From the NCBI GenBank assembly GCA_027310185.1, contig DAIDBH010000014.1:128001-192000 (forward strand): a stretch of 64,000 nucleotides of DNA, written 5' to 3'. This stretch comes from Thermoplasmatales archaeon (lineage in GTDB: Archaea > Thermoplasmatota > Thermoplasmata > Thermoplasmatales > Thermoplasmataceae). How positions within the stretch are numbered: position 1 is the stretch's first letter; each line of letters opens with the position of its first letter. Below the pieces are notes generated by a model that searched no databases, was not told the DNA's origin, and saw only the letters and a program-made list of their open reading frames with translations. The translations under genes were made by a program, and so were the position numbers. Below, one piece after another: positions 1 to 9,410 of this stretch.

Positions 1-72
1 TGCAGGATTAGACTTGGTAAACTTTGTTACCCCTCCTGATACCATATATACATCTCTTCCGCCATTTTTCAT
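1..72 (-). CDS. Thiolase-family protein, N-terminus (runs off the window edge)
   Basis: Manual translation from ATG at 72 gives MKNGGRDVYMVSGGVTKFTKSNPA, resembling the thiolase N-terminal motif R.VY.V..G.TKF. Confidence 0.6.
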   Translation of the reverse strand, partial: MKNGGRDVYMVSGGVTKFTKSNPA

Positions 73-245
73 ATTTTCACTGTTCTTCCATGATATCGTT
101 CTATTAAAAAGTTAGTTTGATTTAATTAGCATATCCTATTGATATGGGTTGCTTATATTCATATTGCTTTATATTTAGGTGCTTTGGGACAATATTCTAC
201 ATAGAAAAAGGTTAAGTTATGAACTAGATATAGTTTTGAGTCAAA

Positions 246-1685
246 ATGCAAAGCTCAAAAAAAGGTAGCTCCGTTAAGTGGATTGCCGCCATTGTGGTGG
301 TTATAGTTATTGTTGCAGGCTTAGGCGTTTTATTATTTGATAAGCCTGCAAAGAAGCAAACGATTAATGTTATGGTAGATAGTGGGAGTATGACTGAATC
401 ATATCTGAAGGCTGTTGCACTACAGTTTGAGAAAAAGAATCCTGATGTGAGTGTGCAGATTAATTCTGTCGGATATTCAGACATGACAACTACAGCACTG
501 GCTGCTCTTCAGGGAAAGACATCTCCTCCAAATATATTCATGTATTATGCATCGCAGGCTCCTGCTCTTGCACCATATCTGTATAACCTGAACAGCACTA
601 CAGGACAGAAATACCTAAACTCAGCAAATTATCTCTCCGGTGACCTGGCGTCTGGTTCATATGCCCCAAATGCAACTGGTAATGGGTATAATTTCATAGG
701 AATACCAATTCATACAGTTGTCGGTTATATCCTGGTTTACAACAAGACTGTGTTCAATAATGGAACACTCGAAAGAGGATTCTATGATCAGTATCACTAT
801 AATATAACGCCATCAAAACTGGACAACTGGTCAGCCCTGAATGCCGTATCAAGCTACGTTTCCACTCATACTAAATTCGATGGAAGCAGTAATAAGTATG
901 CACTCATGTTTCCAGACAGCGCTTCACACTCCATCATAGATACTTTCTACAACCTCTTCTATCCATACGGTCAGGGACAGAGCAAGACCGGGATACCTGC
1001 AGACAGTTCACCCAATTACTGGACCTATTTCGGTTTTCAGAACGGCAAAGTTGTGCCTTCCTATAATAACAGTTATGGTGTACAGGCACTGACTATGTAC
1101 AAGAACCTTACAAGTTACGAGCCAAGTGTAAGTTCACAGCCCATAGGATATGACCAGCAGGAACTATTCTTTGGAACTGGTGATTACGCAATGGGTCTCG
1201 CCTGGTCAAGCTTCATTCCTACATATGAAAACTCATCATCCCTGGTGAGAAATGATCTGGGAATAACTCTCCTTCCTGGAGGTTACACAGGATATTCACC
1301 AACATTCCTTGGCGTAAACCCTTACAGCAAGAACATTACCCTGGATCTAAAATTCCTCCAGTTTGCATCATCATCTTCAGAGTTCTCAATGGGAATAAAG
1401 AACTATTCATACGTTCCGTCCACATACTCCGGCCTATCGTCAGCATCGAAACTATCAAACTTCACCTGGCTCTCACAGGTAAATAACTATTCAAGCACAA
1501 TAAAGGTGGATAAAACATACTCTCAGGTATTCCTTAAGGCATCTCCACTGTTCTCAACACTGATTCCAGATTTCAACGATCAGGTCCTTAACTACCTGGA
1601 AGACAAGACAACAGCTAAAACAGCTTTAAGTACCGCGGCATCAGAATGGGTAAAGGAATTAAACAATCAAGGAATTACCCTGTAA
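246..1685 (+). CDS. Sugar ABC transporter substrate-binding protein
   Basis: N-terminal TM anchor, SBP_bac_1-like segments (FEKKNPDVSVQI, FGTGDYAMGLAWS), first gene of an ABC operon. Confidence 0.85.
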   Translation: MQSSKKGSSVKWIAAIVVVIVIVAGLGVLLFDKPAKKQTINVMVDSGSMTESYLKAVALQFEKKNPDVSVQINSVGYSDMTTTALAALQGKTSPPNIFMYYASQAPALAPYLYNLNSTTGQKYLNSANYLSGDLASGSYAPNATGNGYNFIGIPIHTVVGYILVYNKTVFNNGTLERGFYDQYHYNITPSKLDNWSALNAVSSYVSTHTKFDGSSNKYALMFPDSASHSIIDTFYNLFYPYGQGQSKTGIPADSSPNYWTYFGFQNGKVVPSYNNSYGVQALTMYKNLTSYEPSVSSQPIGYDQQELFFGTGDYAMGLAWSSFIPTYENSSSLVRNDLGITLLPGGYTGYSPTFLGVNPYSKNITLDLKFLQFASSSSEFSMGIKNYSYVPSTYSGLSSASKLSNFTWLSQVNNYSSTIKVDKTYSQVFLKASPLFSTLIPDFNDQVLNYLEDKTTAKTALSTAASEWVKELNNQGITL

Positions 1686-1686
1686 C

Positions 1687-3399
1687 ATGTCAAAGTCTTC
1701 GATTAGAAAGCAGGCAATAATTGTTACTTTGCCTGCTCTCATCTATTTTTTTATTTTTGTTCTGTATCCTATTTTTGATAATGTAATAATTTCCTTTGAG
1801 TCTTTCAATTTTGCAGAAGTGGCAACTTTTGTTGGGATTAAGAATTATATAATATTGATTGAAACCCCCCACATGAACCAGCTGGTTGAGAATACAATAA
1901 TTTATACTCTGGCAGTTCCTGTGATAGATGTTTTGCTTGCCATTCCTCTGGCAACGCTGATTAAAAGACTGAATAAGCCATATTTGATTCCACTGATCCT
2001 GCTTCCGTCATTCATTCCGCAGGTGACTTCAGCCAACATATGGCTACTGATGATGAACCCATCCTATGGTATCCCTTACTATATCGGACATCAAAATATC
2101 TTCCTTTCAGCCTGGAGTGTTGTTCTTGTTGATGTTTGGTCCAGCCTTCCACTGGCAACGCTTATAATTTATTCGGGGCTCAAGTCAGTTCCTCCTTCCA
2201 TAGAAGAGGCAACGTCAATGGATGGAATCAGGGGTACAAGGAAACTGATAAACATAGAACTACCATACATCAAGTCAAACATACTTTCTGCCTTTGTTCT
2301 GATGCTTATGTATGGCTCCTTCACTTTCGATCCCATTTATGTGCTCAATACATATTCAAGTCCCTTTGGTATAAACGATCTATCATACTTTGCATACCAG
2401 AATTACTATGGACAGGATATAGGACTCGCTGCTGTTATTATAATAATAGTTTCCGTGCTTTCCTCGCTATTTACAGTAGCATTTGTTTATTTCACCCTGA
2501 GAAAATCCAAGGTAAAAACTTCGAGAGTATGGAAATCTGGCATGAAATACCTGCCAAACATGGAAATTCCAAAAATCCTTGTTTATATCGGGATGGCACT
2601 TTTTATCATATTCCTTATTGGACCTATAGTATTCCTTGGTCTTGACTCCATAAAGCCGTTGTCTGAGATAATAAGTATACCACCAATGTTTTATCCAAAA
2701 CACCTCACCCTATCAAATTATAGAATTGCCATAAATACCGGTATACCTTATTTTACTTCCAGCATTATTGCCTCACTAGTCGCCTCGGCCATAGTTGTAC
2801 TCATAGGTCTTCCTGCAGCATACGTAGCTGCAAGATATAAGCTAGGTGGACTGAAATTCATAGGATTTGTCCTTTTTATTTATTCACTTCCAACAATAAT
2901 TTTCCTGATACCAATGCATAATATTATAGCATCACTTGGACAGCTGAATGAGATAAGTGGACTGATCATTTCCTATCCAGTTTTCATACTGCCGCTGTCC
3001 ATCTGGATGATGTATAACTTTTACCAAAATTTCCCTAAACATGTTGAGGAAGCTGCCAACATGGATGGCATGAATCTCTTCCGAACTCTGAGAAAGATAA
3101 TTGTGCCCTTGAGTTATGATGGGATGTTTGTTACATTCCTCTATGCCTTCATACTGGCATGGGGAGCACTTATATTTCCACTGGCCCTCACATACTCCCC
3201 ATTTAATCTGAGTATCTATTACCCAAATGGCGCACAGACAATTACGATACTTATAGGGGGAGCAATAGGCCACGAAGCAGTCGGATATGGAATGCTTGCA
3301 GCTTCAAGTATATTGAGCATTATTCCCTCTATTATACTGGTTATAATTGTCAGGAACAGAGTGGATAAATTGTGGAGAACCGGAGGTAATGTTAATTGA
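1687..3399 (+). CDS. Sugar ABC transporter permease, fused MalF/MalG-type double domain
   Basis: Two EAA loops (IEEATSMDG and VEEAANMDG) and about 12 TM segments. Confidence 0.9.
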   Translation: MSKSSIRKQAIIVTLPALIYFFIFVLYPIFDNVIISFESFNFAEVATFVGIKNYIILIETPHMNQLVENTIIYTLAVPVIDVLLAIPLATLIKRLNKPYLIPLILLPSFIPQVTSANIWLLMMNPSYGIPYYIGHQNIFLSAWSVVLVDVWSSLPLATLIIYSGLKSVPPSIEEATSMDGIRGTRKLINIELPYIKSNILSAFVLMLMYGSFTFDPIYVLNTYSSPFGINDLSYFAYQNYYGQDIGLAAVIIIIVSVLSSLFTVAFVYFTLRKSKVKTSRVWKSGMKYLPNMEIPKILVYIGMALFIIFLIGPIVFLGLDSIKPLSEIISIPPMFYPKHLTLSNYRIAINTGIPYFTSSIIASLVASAIVVLIGLPAAYVAARYKLGGLKFIGFVLFIYSLPTIIFLIPMHNIIASLGQLNEISGLIISYPVFILPLSIWMMYNFYQNFPKHVEEAANMDGMNLFRTLRKIIVPLSYDGMFVTFLYAFILAWGALIFPLALTYSPFNLSIYYPNGAQTITILIGGAIGHEAVGYGMLAASSILSIIPSIILVIIVRNRVDKLWRTGGNVN

Positions 3400-4400
3400 G
3401 CGAAATAACGATTGAGAACCTGAAAAAGACGTTTGGAAATTTTACTGCCCTTGATGTTCCAGAGCTTACATTCAATGAGAAGAGTTATCTTACCATACTA
3501 GGTCCGTCAGGATCAGGCAAGACAACTCTTCTCAGGATAATTGCAGGCCTGGAAACCGCTGATAGGGGAACGATGATAGTGGAAGGAAAGGATATATTGA
3601 ACAGTCCACCCTGGAAGAGAAGTATAGGTCTCGTATTCCAGAATTACGCCCTTTATCCCCACCTCAGCGTTTACCAGAATATAGCCACGCCACTCATACA
3701 GCTGAAGATGGATCAGGGAGAAATAGAAAGGAAAATTTCCGAGATCTCAAACATTATGGGGCTTGACGACAAACTGACCAAGTTGCCCAGAGAACTGAGT
3801 GGAGGTCAACAACAGAGGGTTGCTCTAGCGAGAGCAGTCATCAAGAGACCGAATATTCTTCTTCTGGATGAGCCACTTTCCAATCTGGATGCGAAGGTAA
3901 GGGTGGATCTGAGAGATTATCTAAAGAGAATCCAGAGAGAATTTGAACTTACTGCCATACATGTAACACATGATCAGGTCGAGGGAATGGCACTCGGAGA
4001 TAGCATGGTCATAATTCATAAAGGGAAGATTGAACAGACTGGGAATCCAGAGGAGCTTTACAGGCACCCAAAAACAAGGTTTGTTTCTGGCTTTGTAGGA
4101 GAGATCAATATCATTGATGGCAAGACAGCATCCATGCTTACAGGAATGAATATTGACACGGACACGGGAATTAGGTATGAGGATATATTGCCTGACCTTG
4201 CAGGTCCATTTACAGGTAAGGTGGTAGAGAACCAGTTCATGGGATCTAGAAGGATGATAACCTTTCTGTATAACAATGTAAGAATGAGGTGTTTTACTGA
4301 GAGAGATCATCTCAGCAAGCTTCAGGGTGAGATCAAGTTCAGGGTCGCAGGTGAACACCTGATTATCTTCAAGGAACTTGAAGAGGATGAGGAAAATTAA
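3396..4400 (+). CDS. Sugar ABC transporter ATP-binding protein (MalK-like)
   Basis: Walker A GPSGSGKT, signature LSGGQQQRVALARA, LLLDEPLSNLD, HVTHDQ. Confidence 0.95.
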   Translation: MSEITIENLKKTFGNFTALDVPELTFNEKSYLTILGPSGSGKTTLLRIIAGLETADRGTMIVEGKDILNSPPWKRSIGLVFQNYALYPHLSVYQNIATPLIQLKMDQGEIERKISEISNIMGLDDKLTKLPRELSGGQQQRVALARAVIKRPNILLLDEPLSNLDAKVRVDLRDYLKRIQREFELTAIHVTHDQVEGMALGDSMVIIHKGKIEQTGNPEELYRHPKTRFVSGFVGEINIIDGKTASMLTGMNIDTDTGIRYEDILPDLAGPFTGKVVENQFMGSRRMITFLYNNVRMRCFTERDHLSKLQGEIKFRVAGEHLIIFKELEEDEEN

Positions 4401-5059
4401 CCTCTCACGAAATTTTCTATGAACGGGATGGCTTCATCCAGCTTCCTGACTGTGAGATCGGCTCTTGAACTCCTCTGGTAATTCTGGATGAAAACTGTTT
4501 TGAAACCCATTTCCATTGATGGCAGTATATCATTCCTGTAATTATCTCCAATACTCAATACGTCTTCTGGCAATGTATCTTCATCCCTAAGCAGATCATT
4601 CACTATGTTTTTGAACGAATCCGGTTTTTTTGCAGAACAAACTATTCTGTAAAATAGATTTTTTATCCCGAAGTTTTCAAGAAGAGGAATCGCATATTTC
4701 TCTGGAGTATTGGTCAGGAGGATATGCCTTACGTCCCTGAAGTTGAGGATCCTAACGGCAGTGCTCTGCAGGTTAACTGCGATCTTCCCATCATTCATCT
4801 TCTCCCTTGTTCTTGCAAAGCACATGTCCATCTCTTCCTTAGTTACATATCCGCTAGCAAGATTTGCTATAATCGCCCATCCATCATCTCCAATTTCATT
4901 CTTTTTATCGTTGATCACCTGCATGGATTTATCTGCAAACGATTCGTTATCCTTCATCAGGCTTCCAATGCATTTCGCATATTCCCTGTATGACTCTTCT
5001 GAATGATAGATAGTCCCATCAAAGTCCCAGATTATGACTTTTGCAGACTTACTAGACAT
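4397..5059 (-). CDS. HAD-superfamily hydrolase
   Basis: DFDGT motif I, LTN, KKP, IGDNYRNDI. Confidence 0.9.
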   Translation of the reverse strand: MSSKSAKVIIWDFDGTIYHSEESYREYAKCIGSLMKDNESFADKSMQVINDKKNEIGDDGWAIIANLASGYVTKEEMDMCFARTREKMNDGKIAVNLQSTAVRILNFRDVRHILLTNTPEKYAIPLLENFGIKNLFYRIVCSAKKPDSFKNIVNDLLRDEDTLPEDVLSIGDNYRNDILPSMEMGFKTVFIQNYQRSSRADLTVRKLDEAIPFIENFVRG

Positions 5060-5522
5060 AATTTACCATCAACTCTTCCAGTTTTTCCCTTATGTCCATT
5101 GGTATCTCCTTTTTCTTCAGGTTTTCGTCAATCCACACAACAACGGTCTTTCCTTCTGAAAATATTCTTTTGTAATCTTCAGAAATAATCTTGTGACTGA
5201 ATACGCAACTCGTCCTCCCGATCTGTGAGATCCATGTCAGCACTACCGGATCATCCTCAAAATGAATAGGTGCTTTAAAGTCTATCTCAGCGTGATTCAC
5301 AACAAAATTTACATCCCTGGAAATGAAACCTCCCAAATACTGCATGAAGAAATTTGTTCTTCCAAGTTCATAGTAAGTCAGGAATACTGCATTGTTCACG
5401 TGACCCAATGCATCTAAATCGCCGTATCTCATCTGTATCCTGGTGGATTGAATATTCTCCATAATCCTGAATTTTCTTAAGCAATATAAGGTAAATGTTC
5501 GAATTGGCTCACTTAAAAACAT
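5052..5522 (-). CDS. Acyl-CoA thioesterase (4HBT/FcbC hot-dog family); true start probably further downstream
   Basis: RYGDLDALGHVNNAVFLTYYELGR motif. Confidence 0.9.
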   Translation of the reverse strand: MFLSEPIRTFTLYCLRKFRIMENIQSTRIQMRYGDLDALGHVNNAVFLTYYELGRTNFFMQYLGGFISRDVNFVVNHAEIDFKAPIHFEDDPVVLTWISQIGRTSCVFSHKIISEDYKRIFSEGKTVVVWIDENLKKKEIPMDIREKLEELMVNYV

Positions 5523-5643
5523 GCGTACTAATATGGAATAGAAGTGATATTCCTTAAATACCTAACATTTTACTAATAAACATTTTATACAGTAGTGTAA
5601 TCATTCAATAAATAAAATGGATGGAATTTATAAATATTAAGAA

Positions 5644-6159
5644 ATGAACTCAGATGAATTTCAGAGTGTGATGCTTAATTTGGTAACGGGTGAGAAAATG
5701 AAGGATGATAATACTCAGGTTGATGATTATACAAGAATATGGAGAAGCCTTGGAACAATATACAAGCTTATGTACAATGGAATGGACAAGAAATTTGATG
5801 AGGTTGGAAGCAATGTTTTAGAATACAGGATATTAAGGATCCTTGTTGAAACCGGGAAGAAAACCATGGCAAACCTTGCTGATCTGAACTTTGTAACTCA
5901 GGCATGGATTACAGGAATGACTGACAAGATGGAAGAGAAGGGATATGTAAAAAGAGTGAGGTCATCTGATGATAGGAGAGTTATATATGTGGAACTCACT
6001 GAGAAAGGGAAGGAATTCATTGAGAAGATGAGGAAGGTACACGATGATTTCCTGAAGAGTCTTCTTTCCTTTATACCTCCGGAAGATACATCCAAGATGG
6101 CAGATATTATAGAGACCTTCTCTGATGAATTGGGAAAGAGAGTCATCACTTCTTTATAA
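5644..6159 (+). CDS. MarR-family transcriptional regulator
   Basis: wHTH with RVRSSDDRRVIYVELTEKG. Confidence 0.9.
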   Translation: MNSDEFQSVMLNLVTGEKMKDDNTQVDDYTRIWRSLGTIYKLMYNGMDKKFDEVGSNVLEYRILRILVETGKKTMANLADLNFVTQAWITGMTDKMEEKGYVKRVRSSDDRRVIYVELTEKGKEFIEKMRKVHDDFLKSLLSFIPPEDTSKMADIIETFSDELGKRVITSL

Positions 6160-6380
6160 GAAATTTCATATATCCAAGGAACAGGAGAATCACAACGAAG
6201 AAGTTGATGGTGAACTTCTTCTTACTTTTCTTTTCAGGACTTCCTGCAAATGACTCGAGACCGCAACCAATCACCGGCATATGATTATGATCATCTCATC
6301 CTTTAATAAGGAAAAGCCTTAAATGTTAGGTTGCAACACAAATCAAAAGTAATAAATCTCAATTTACAATAGCCATTTAA

Positions 6381-6455
6381 GCTCCAGTAGTGTAGCCAGG
6401 CCAAGCATAAGAGGCTCTCAATCTCTCGACTCGGGTTCAAATCCCGACTGGAGCA
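6381..6455 (+). tRNA. tRNA-Glu(CTC)
   Basis: Acceptor stem GCTCCAG/CTGGAGC+A, anticodon arm AGAGG-CTCTCAA-TCTCT, T-loop GGTTCAAATCC; CCA not encoded. Confidence 0.95.
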
Positions 6456-6512
6456 TGTTTTAAAAAGATACAATTTTCTATGTAGTCAAGATTAAGAAGA
6501 TTCTTGAAGCTC

Positions 6513-7508
6513 TTAAATTGCTTCGTGGTTGTCTGGAACAGATTGCTTGTAGAATTCACCCAACCCAATTGCAGATACAACAAGATTTTTGTGATTCGAT
6601 CTCTTAGGGAGGCTCCAGTGTCTCTTCAACCCTGCAAGAAAGACGGAAGAAAGATTTCTGTCCACAATATAAAAATTTGTGACGATATCATTTCTGACCT
6701 CCGCTTCATAAAAGAGCGCGCCGTAGTAATTGCTTACAACCTCTGTATTAAAATCATGAAAAAAGTTTGTTTCTGTGTCAATTTCCATCACCATATTTGA
6801 ATCATTAAAATTCATTAATTTATATTTGCCCTTTATTTCTGTCCTGGCCAATTTGAAGATGAGGGTGTCATGTGGGCCATTGGTGAAATAATTTGGTATA
6901 AACTTTCCCTCGTTCTGGAAGACTCCACTATTCTCAATTTGAACGTTTTGTGAATTCATATGCCATTCTGTTTTTATAACGAAAAGATCATTTAAGTTCC
7001 CTCCAAAATCCAGGAAAAGTTTCAGTATATATGGAATGCTTTCGTTCTGTCCGCCAAGGTATACTAATTCCACATCCTGCACATGAGATTCAATGAATTC
7101 AAGAATAAGCCTGGAAAAGGCTTCCCTGTCATCATTAATAAATTCAACATGAATGTATGCATCCTGAGAGTGTGATAGTATACATGGATTTACCCTGGAC
7201 CATTTCAGTTCATTCAGCTTGTTTAACACAGGAAGGAGATCATCTTCAACCCTTATCTGCAAAAAAGTATCGTCTATGATCTTCATCCCTCTTCTCTTAA
7301 ACTCAGGATCTTTTTCAAGATTTAACTTATCAATGTCTGTTAATTTTCTTTCCAGATTCCTGTATACAAAGTATTCCTCGTTTTCCTTGCTGAGGAAGAA
7401 GAACGAGTTTTCCAGCATCATTTTCCTGTTCATCAATGGCAATTCACGTGGGAACCTGCCCTTAATTCTTATTATAGCGCACTGATCAAGGACTTCTGAA
7501 CTCCACAT
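6513..7508 (-). CDS. Hypothetical protein (331 aa, soluble)
   Basis: Long ORF with an upstream AT-rich TATA-like element; no motif recognised. Confidence 0.7.
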   Translation of the reverse strand: MWSSEVLDQCAIIRIKGRFPRELPLMNRKMMLENSFFFLSKENEEYFVYRNLERKLTDIDKLNLEKDPEFKRRGMKIIDDTFLQIRVEDDLLPVLNKLNELKWSRVNPCILSHSQDAYIHVEFINDDREAFSRLILEFIESHVQDVELVYLGGQNESIPYILKLFLDFGGNLNDLFVIKTEWHMNSQNVQIENSGVFQNEGKFIPNYFTNGPHDTLIFKLARTEIKGKYKLMNFNDSNMVMEIDTETNFFHDFNTEVVSNYYGALFYEAEVRNDIVTNFYIVDRNLSSVFLAGLKRHWSLPKRSNHKNLVVSAIGLGEFYKQSVPDNHEAI

Positions 7509-7745
7509 GGGAAAGGCATTTGCTAGTCAGTATAAAAATTTTAGTATATTTTTTTAAATCATAATATAGTATATAGTTTTGGGGAAGACGACTTTTTAAT
7601 GAATGTTGAAAAAGCATGTGAAATCAATTGCTGCTGAGGACAGTTTGGCGATTATAGGTGATCATTGCTATTTATTCTGTTTAGTCTTTTTCATGGTGGT
7701 GACTCTACAATTTACAGAACCGTCTTAAAATTGGCACAGTTAATG

Positions 7746-7784
7746 AAACGTTCCATTTCCAAAAAATAAAACGATCCATTTTCC
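7746..7784. repeat. Imperfect direct repeat AAACG(T/A)TCCATTT with 23-bp period
   Basis: AAACGTTCCATTTCC at 7746 and AAACGATCCATTTTCC at 7769. Confidence 0.5.
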
Positions 7785-7998
7785 CACCCCATATAACCCG
7801 TTTCCGAACTTATGCACCTGGATATGTGGATTTATTCTCTTAAGTTTTTCAAGTTGTCCTGAATTTAATGTATCACCAAAGTTGAATATAAAATGCCATT
7901 GATGCCCATAGCGTTTCTTTCAGGCTATATTATACTCACTGTATAGAGGTAGCATCAAGGTTTTCCATTCATTAAATATGAATTCAGAGATTTTTTTC

Positions 7999-8325
7999 TT
8001 ATTTATTATTCTTTGTTGTTTTCCCTTTTGTGCCACTTGCAGGTTTCTTCATTGGCGTGCTTCCCTTGGCCACCTTCCTCGCAACTACTCTTTTGATGCC
8101 AAGCTGTTTCATCAATTCATCTACAGTCTTTGCGTCAGAGATTTTGTTAGCGGCATCAGGTTCTCCGATATAGAGAAGCCAGCTTTTAAGGTGCCCTTCC
8201 TTCAGATGATATTCCACACATAGTGGATCCTCTTTAGACAGTCTAGCTATTTCGCTCTTGAGTTCATTTAAATTTGAAGCAGAGCCAACTTCAACTCCGT
8301 AACTCTTGAAGTAAAACTTATCCAT
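7999..8325 (-). CDS. Small DUF5752-like protein with a Lys-rich C-terminal tail
   Basis: A.NL.EL...I......VEYHL..GHL.SWL pattern; tail KRVVARKVAKGSTPMKKPASGTKGKTTKNNK. Confidence 0.65.
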   Translation of the reverse strand: MDKFYFKSYGVEVGSASNLNELKSEIARLSKEDPLCVEYHLKEGHLKSWLLYIGEPDAANKISDAKTVDELMKQLGIKRVVARKVAKGSTPMKKPASGTKGKTTKNNK

Positions 8326-8343
8326 ATATAATAAATGATGGAA

Positions 8344-8371
8344 AGCATTTAAACGTTAGCATTTAAACGTT
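8344..8371. repeat. Perfect 14-bp tandem duplication AGCATTTAAACGTT x2 containing a TATA-like TTTAAA
   Basis: Seen directly in the divergent intergenic region. Confidence 0.9.
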
Positions 8372-8452
8372 ACTACCAGCAATGAAGCAATATTATCAGT
8401 AATGGTCTAAGGTTTGAGAGAATATAAATAATGAGATTGATTATTTATAATC

Positions 8453-9259
8453 GTGTATGATGATGACATCCATTTAGGCTGTTCTGGATGGAGTTACAGG
8501 AAATGGATTGGAAAATTTTATCCCGATGGTTCTCAGATGAATAAACTCCTCGCAATGTACTCAAAAACTTTTGATTGCGTGGAAGTTGATTCAACATTTT
8601 ACGGTACCCCAACAGTAGATACATTGTTATCATGGTATGAAACCACTGTTAAGAATTTTAAATTCTGTCCAAAACTTGACAGAACCATAACACATGTCAA
8701 TCTTCTTACTAATATTGATGATAAGCTTAGTTTATTCACTAGCAGGATAAAGATGCTTTCAGATAAATTAGGTCCGGTATTGATACAGCTTCCACCGTTT
8801 CTTAAGTCTGATCCTGAACTACTTCAGAATTTTATAGAAGTTCTGCCCCGCCATATTGAATTTGCATTTGAATTCAGGGATAATTCATGGCTGAATGATA
8901 GAACGGAATCTATTCTTCAAAGCTATAACATTACAACTGCGTGGTCAGATTCCCCCTTCACGAGGAAACTGTTCTGGGACACGGGCAATTTTATCTACCT
9001 GAGACTTGTTGGAGATAGAAGTATCCCGGAAGATTCATTTGGAACAATTCAAAGGATTAAAGATAGTGATATAACAGGATGGGCTGAGATAATAAGGAAA
9101 AGCGAAGGAAAAACAGCATATATATTTGCAAATAATCATTATGAAGGCTTCTCTCCCCACACAGTGGATCTGTTTAAAGAAAAATTGGGTATAAACAGCT
9201 CAGGATGGCCAATATATCATAAAGACGATAGAAAAGACAGACAGACTACTCTTTTTTAA
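8453..9259 (+). CDS. DUF72 family protein
   Basis: GCSGWSY, VEVDSTFY, LIQLPP, FEFR, YLRL, FANNHYEG motifs. Confidence 0.95.
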   Translation: MYDDDIHLGCSGWSYRKWIGKFYPDGSQMNKLLAMYSKTFDCVEVDSTFYGTPTVDTLLSWYETTVKNFKFCPKLDRTITHVNLLTNIDDKLSLFTSRIKMLSDKLGPVLIQLPPFLKSDPELLQNFIEVLPRHIEFAFEFRDNSWLNDRTESILQSYNITTAWSDSPFTRKLFWDTGNFIYLRLVGDRSIPEDSFGTIQRIKDSDITGWAEIIRKSEGKTAYIFANNHYEGFSPHTVDLFKEKLGINSSGWPIYHKDDRKDRQTTLF

Positions 9260-9410
9260 TCCGATTTGAAGATAAAAACTATGTGAAAAAACATCCTGGG
9301 TCTGATGTCACTTAATCCATATTAATTATATTAGGTAATTTCCTTTTAAAAGCAAGTAATATTTTATTTTAAGACTCTAAAATTATATAGTGATTTGTCC
9401 TTATAGAAAT

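Noticed and set aside
6381-6455. tRNA-anchored integrated element (also considered for tRNA-Met and tRNA-Pro)
   Set aside because: No duplicated tRNA 3' end and no integrase were seen in the window.
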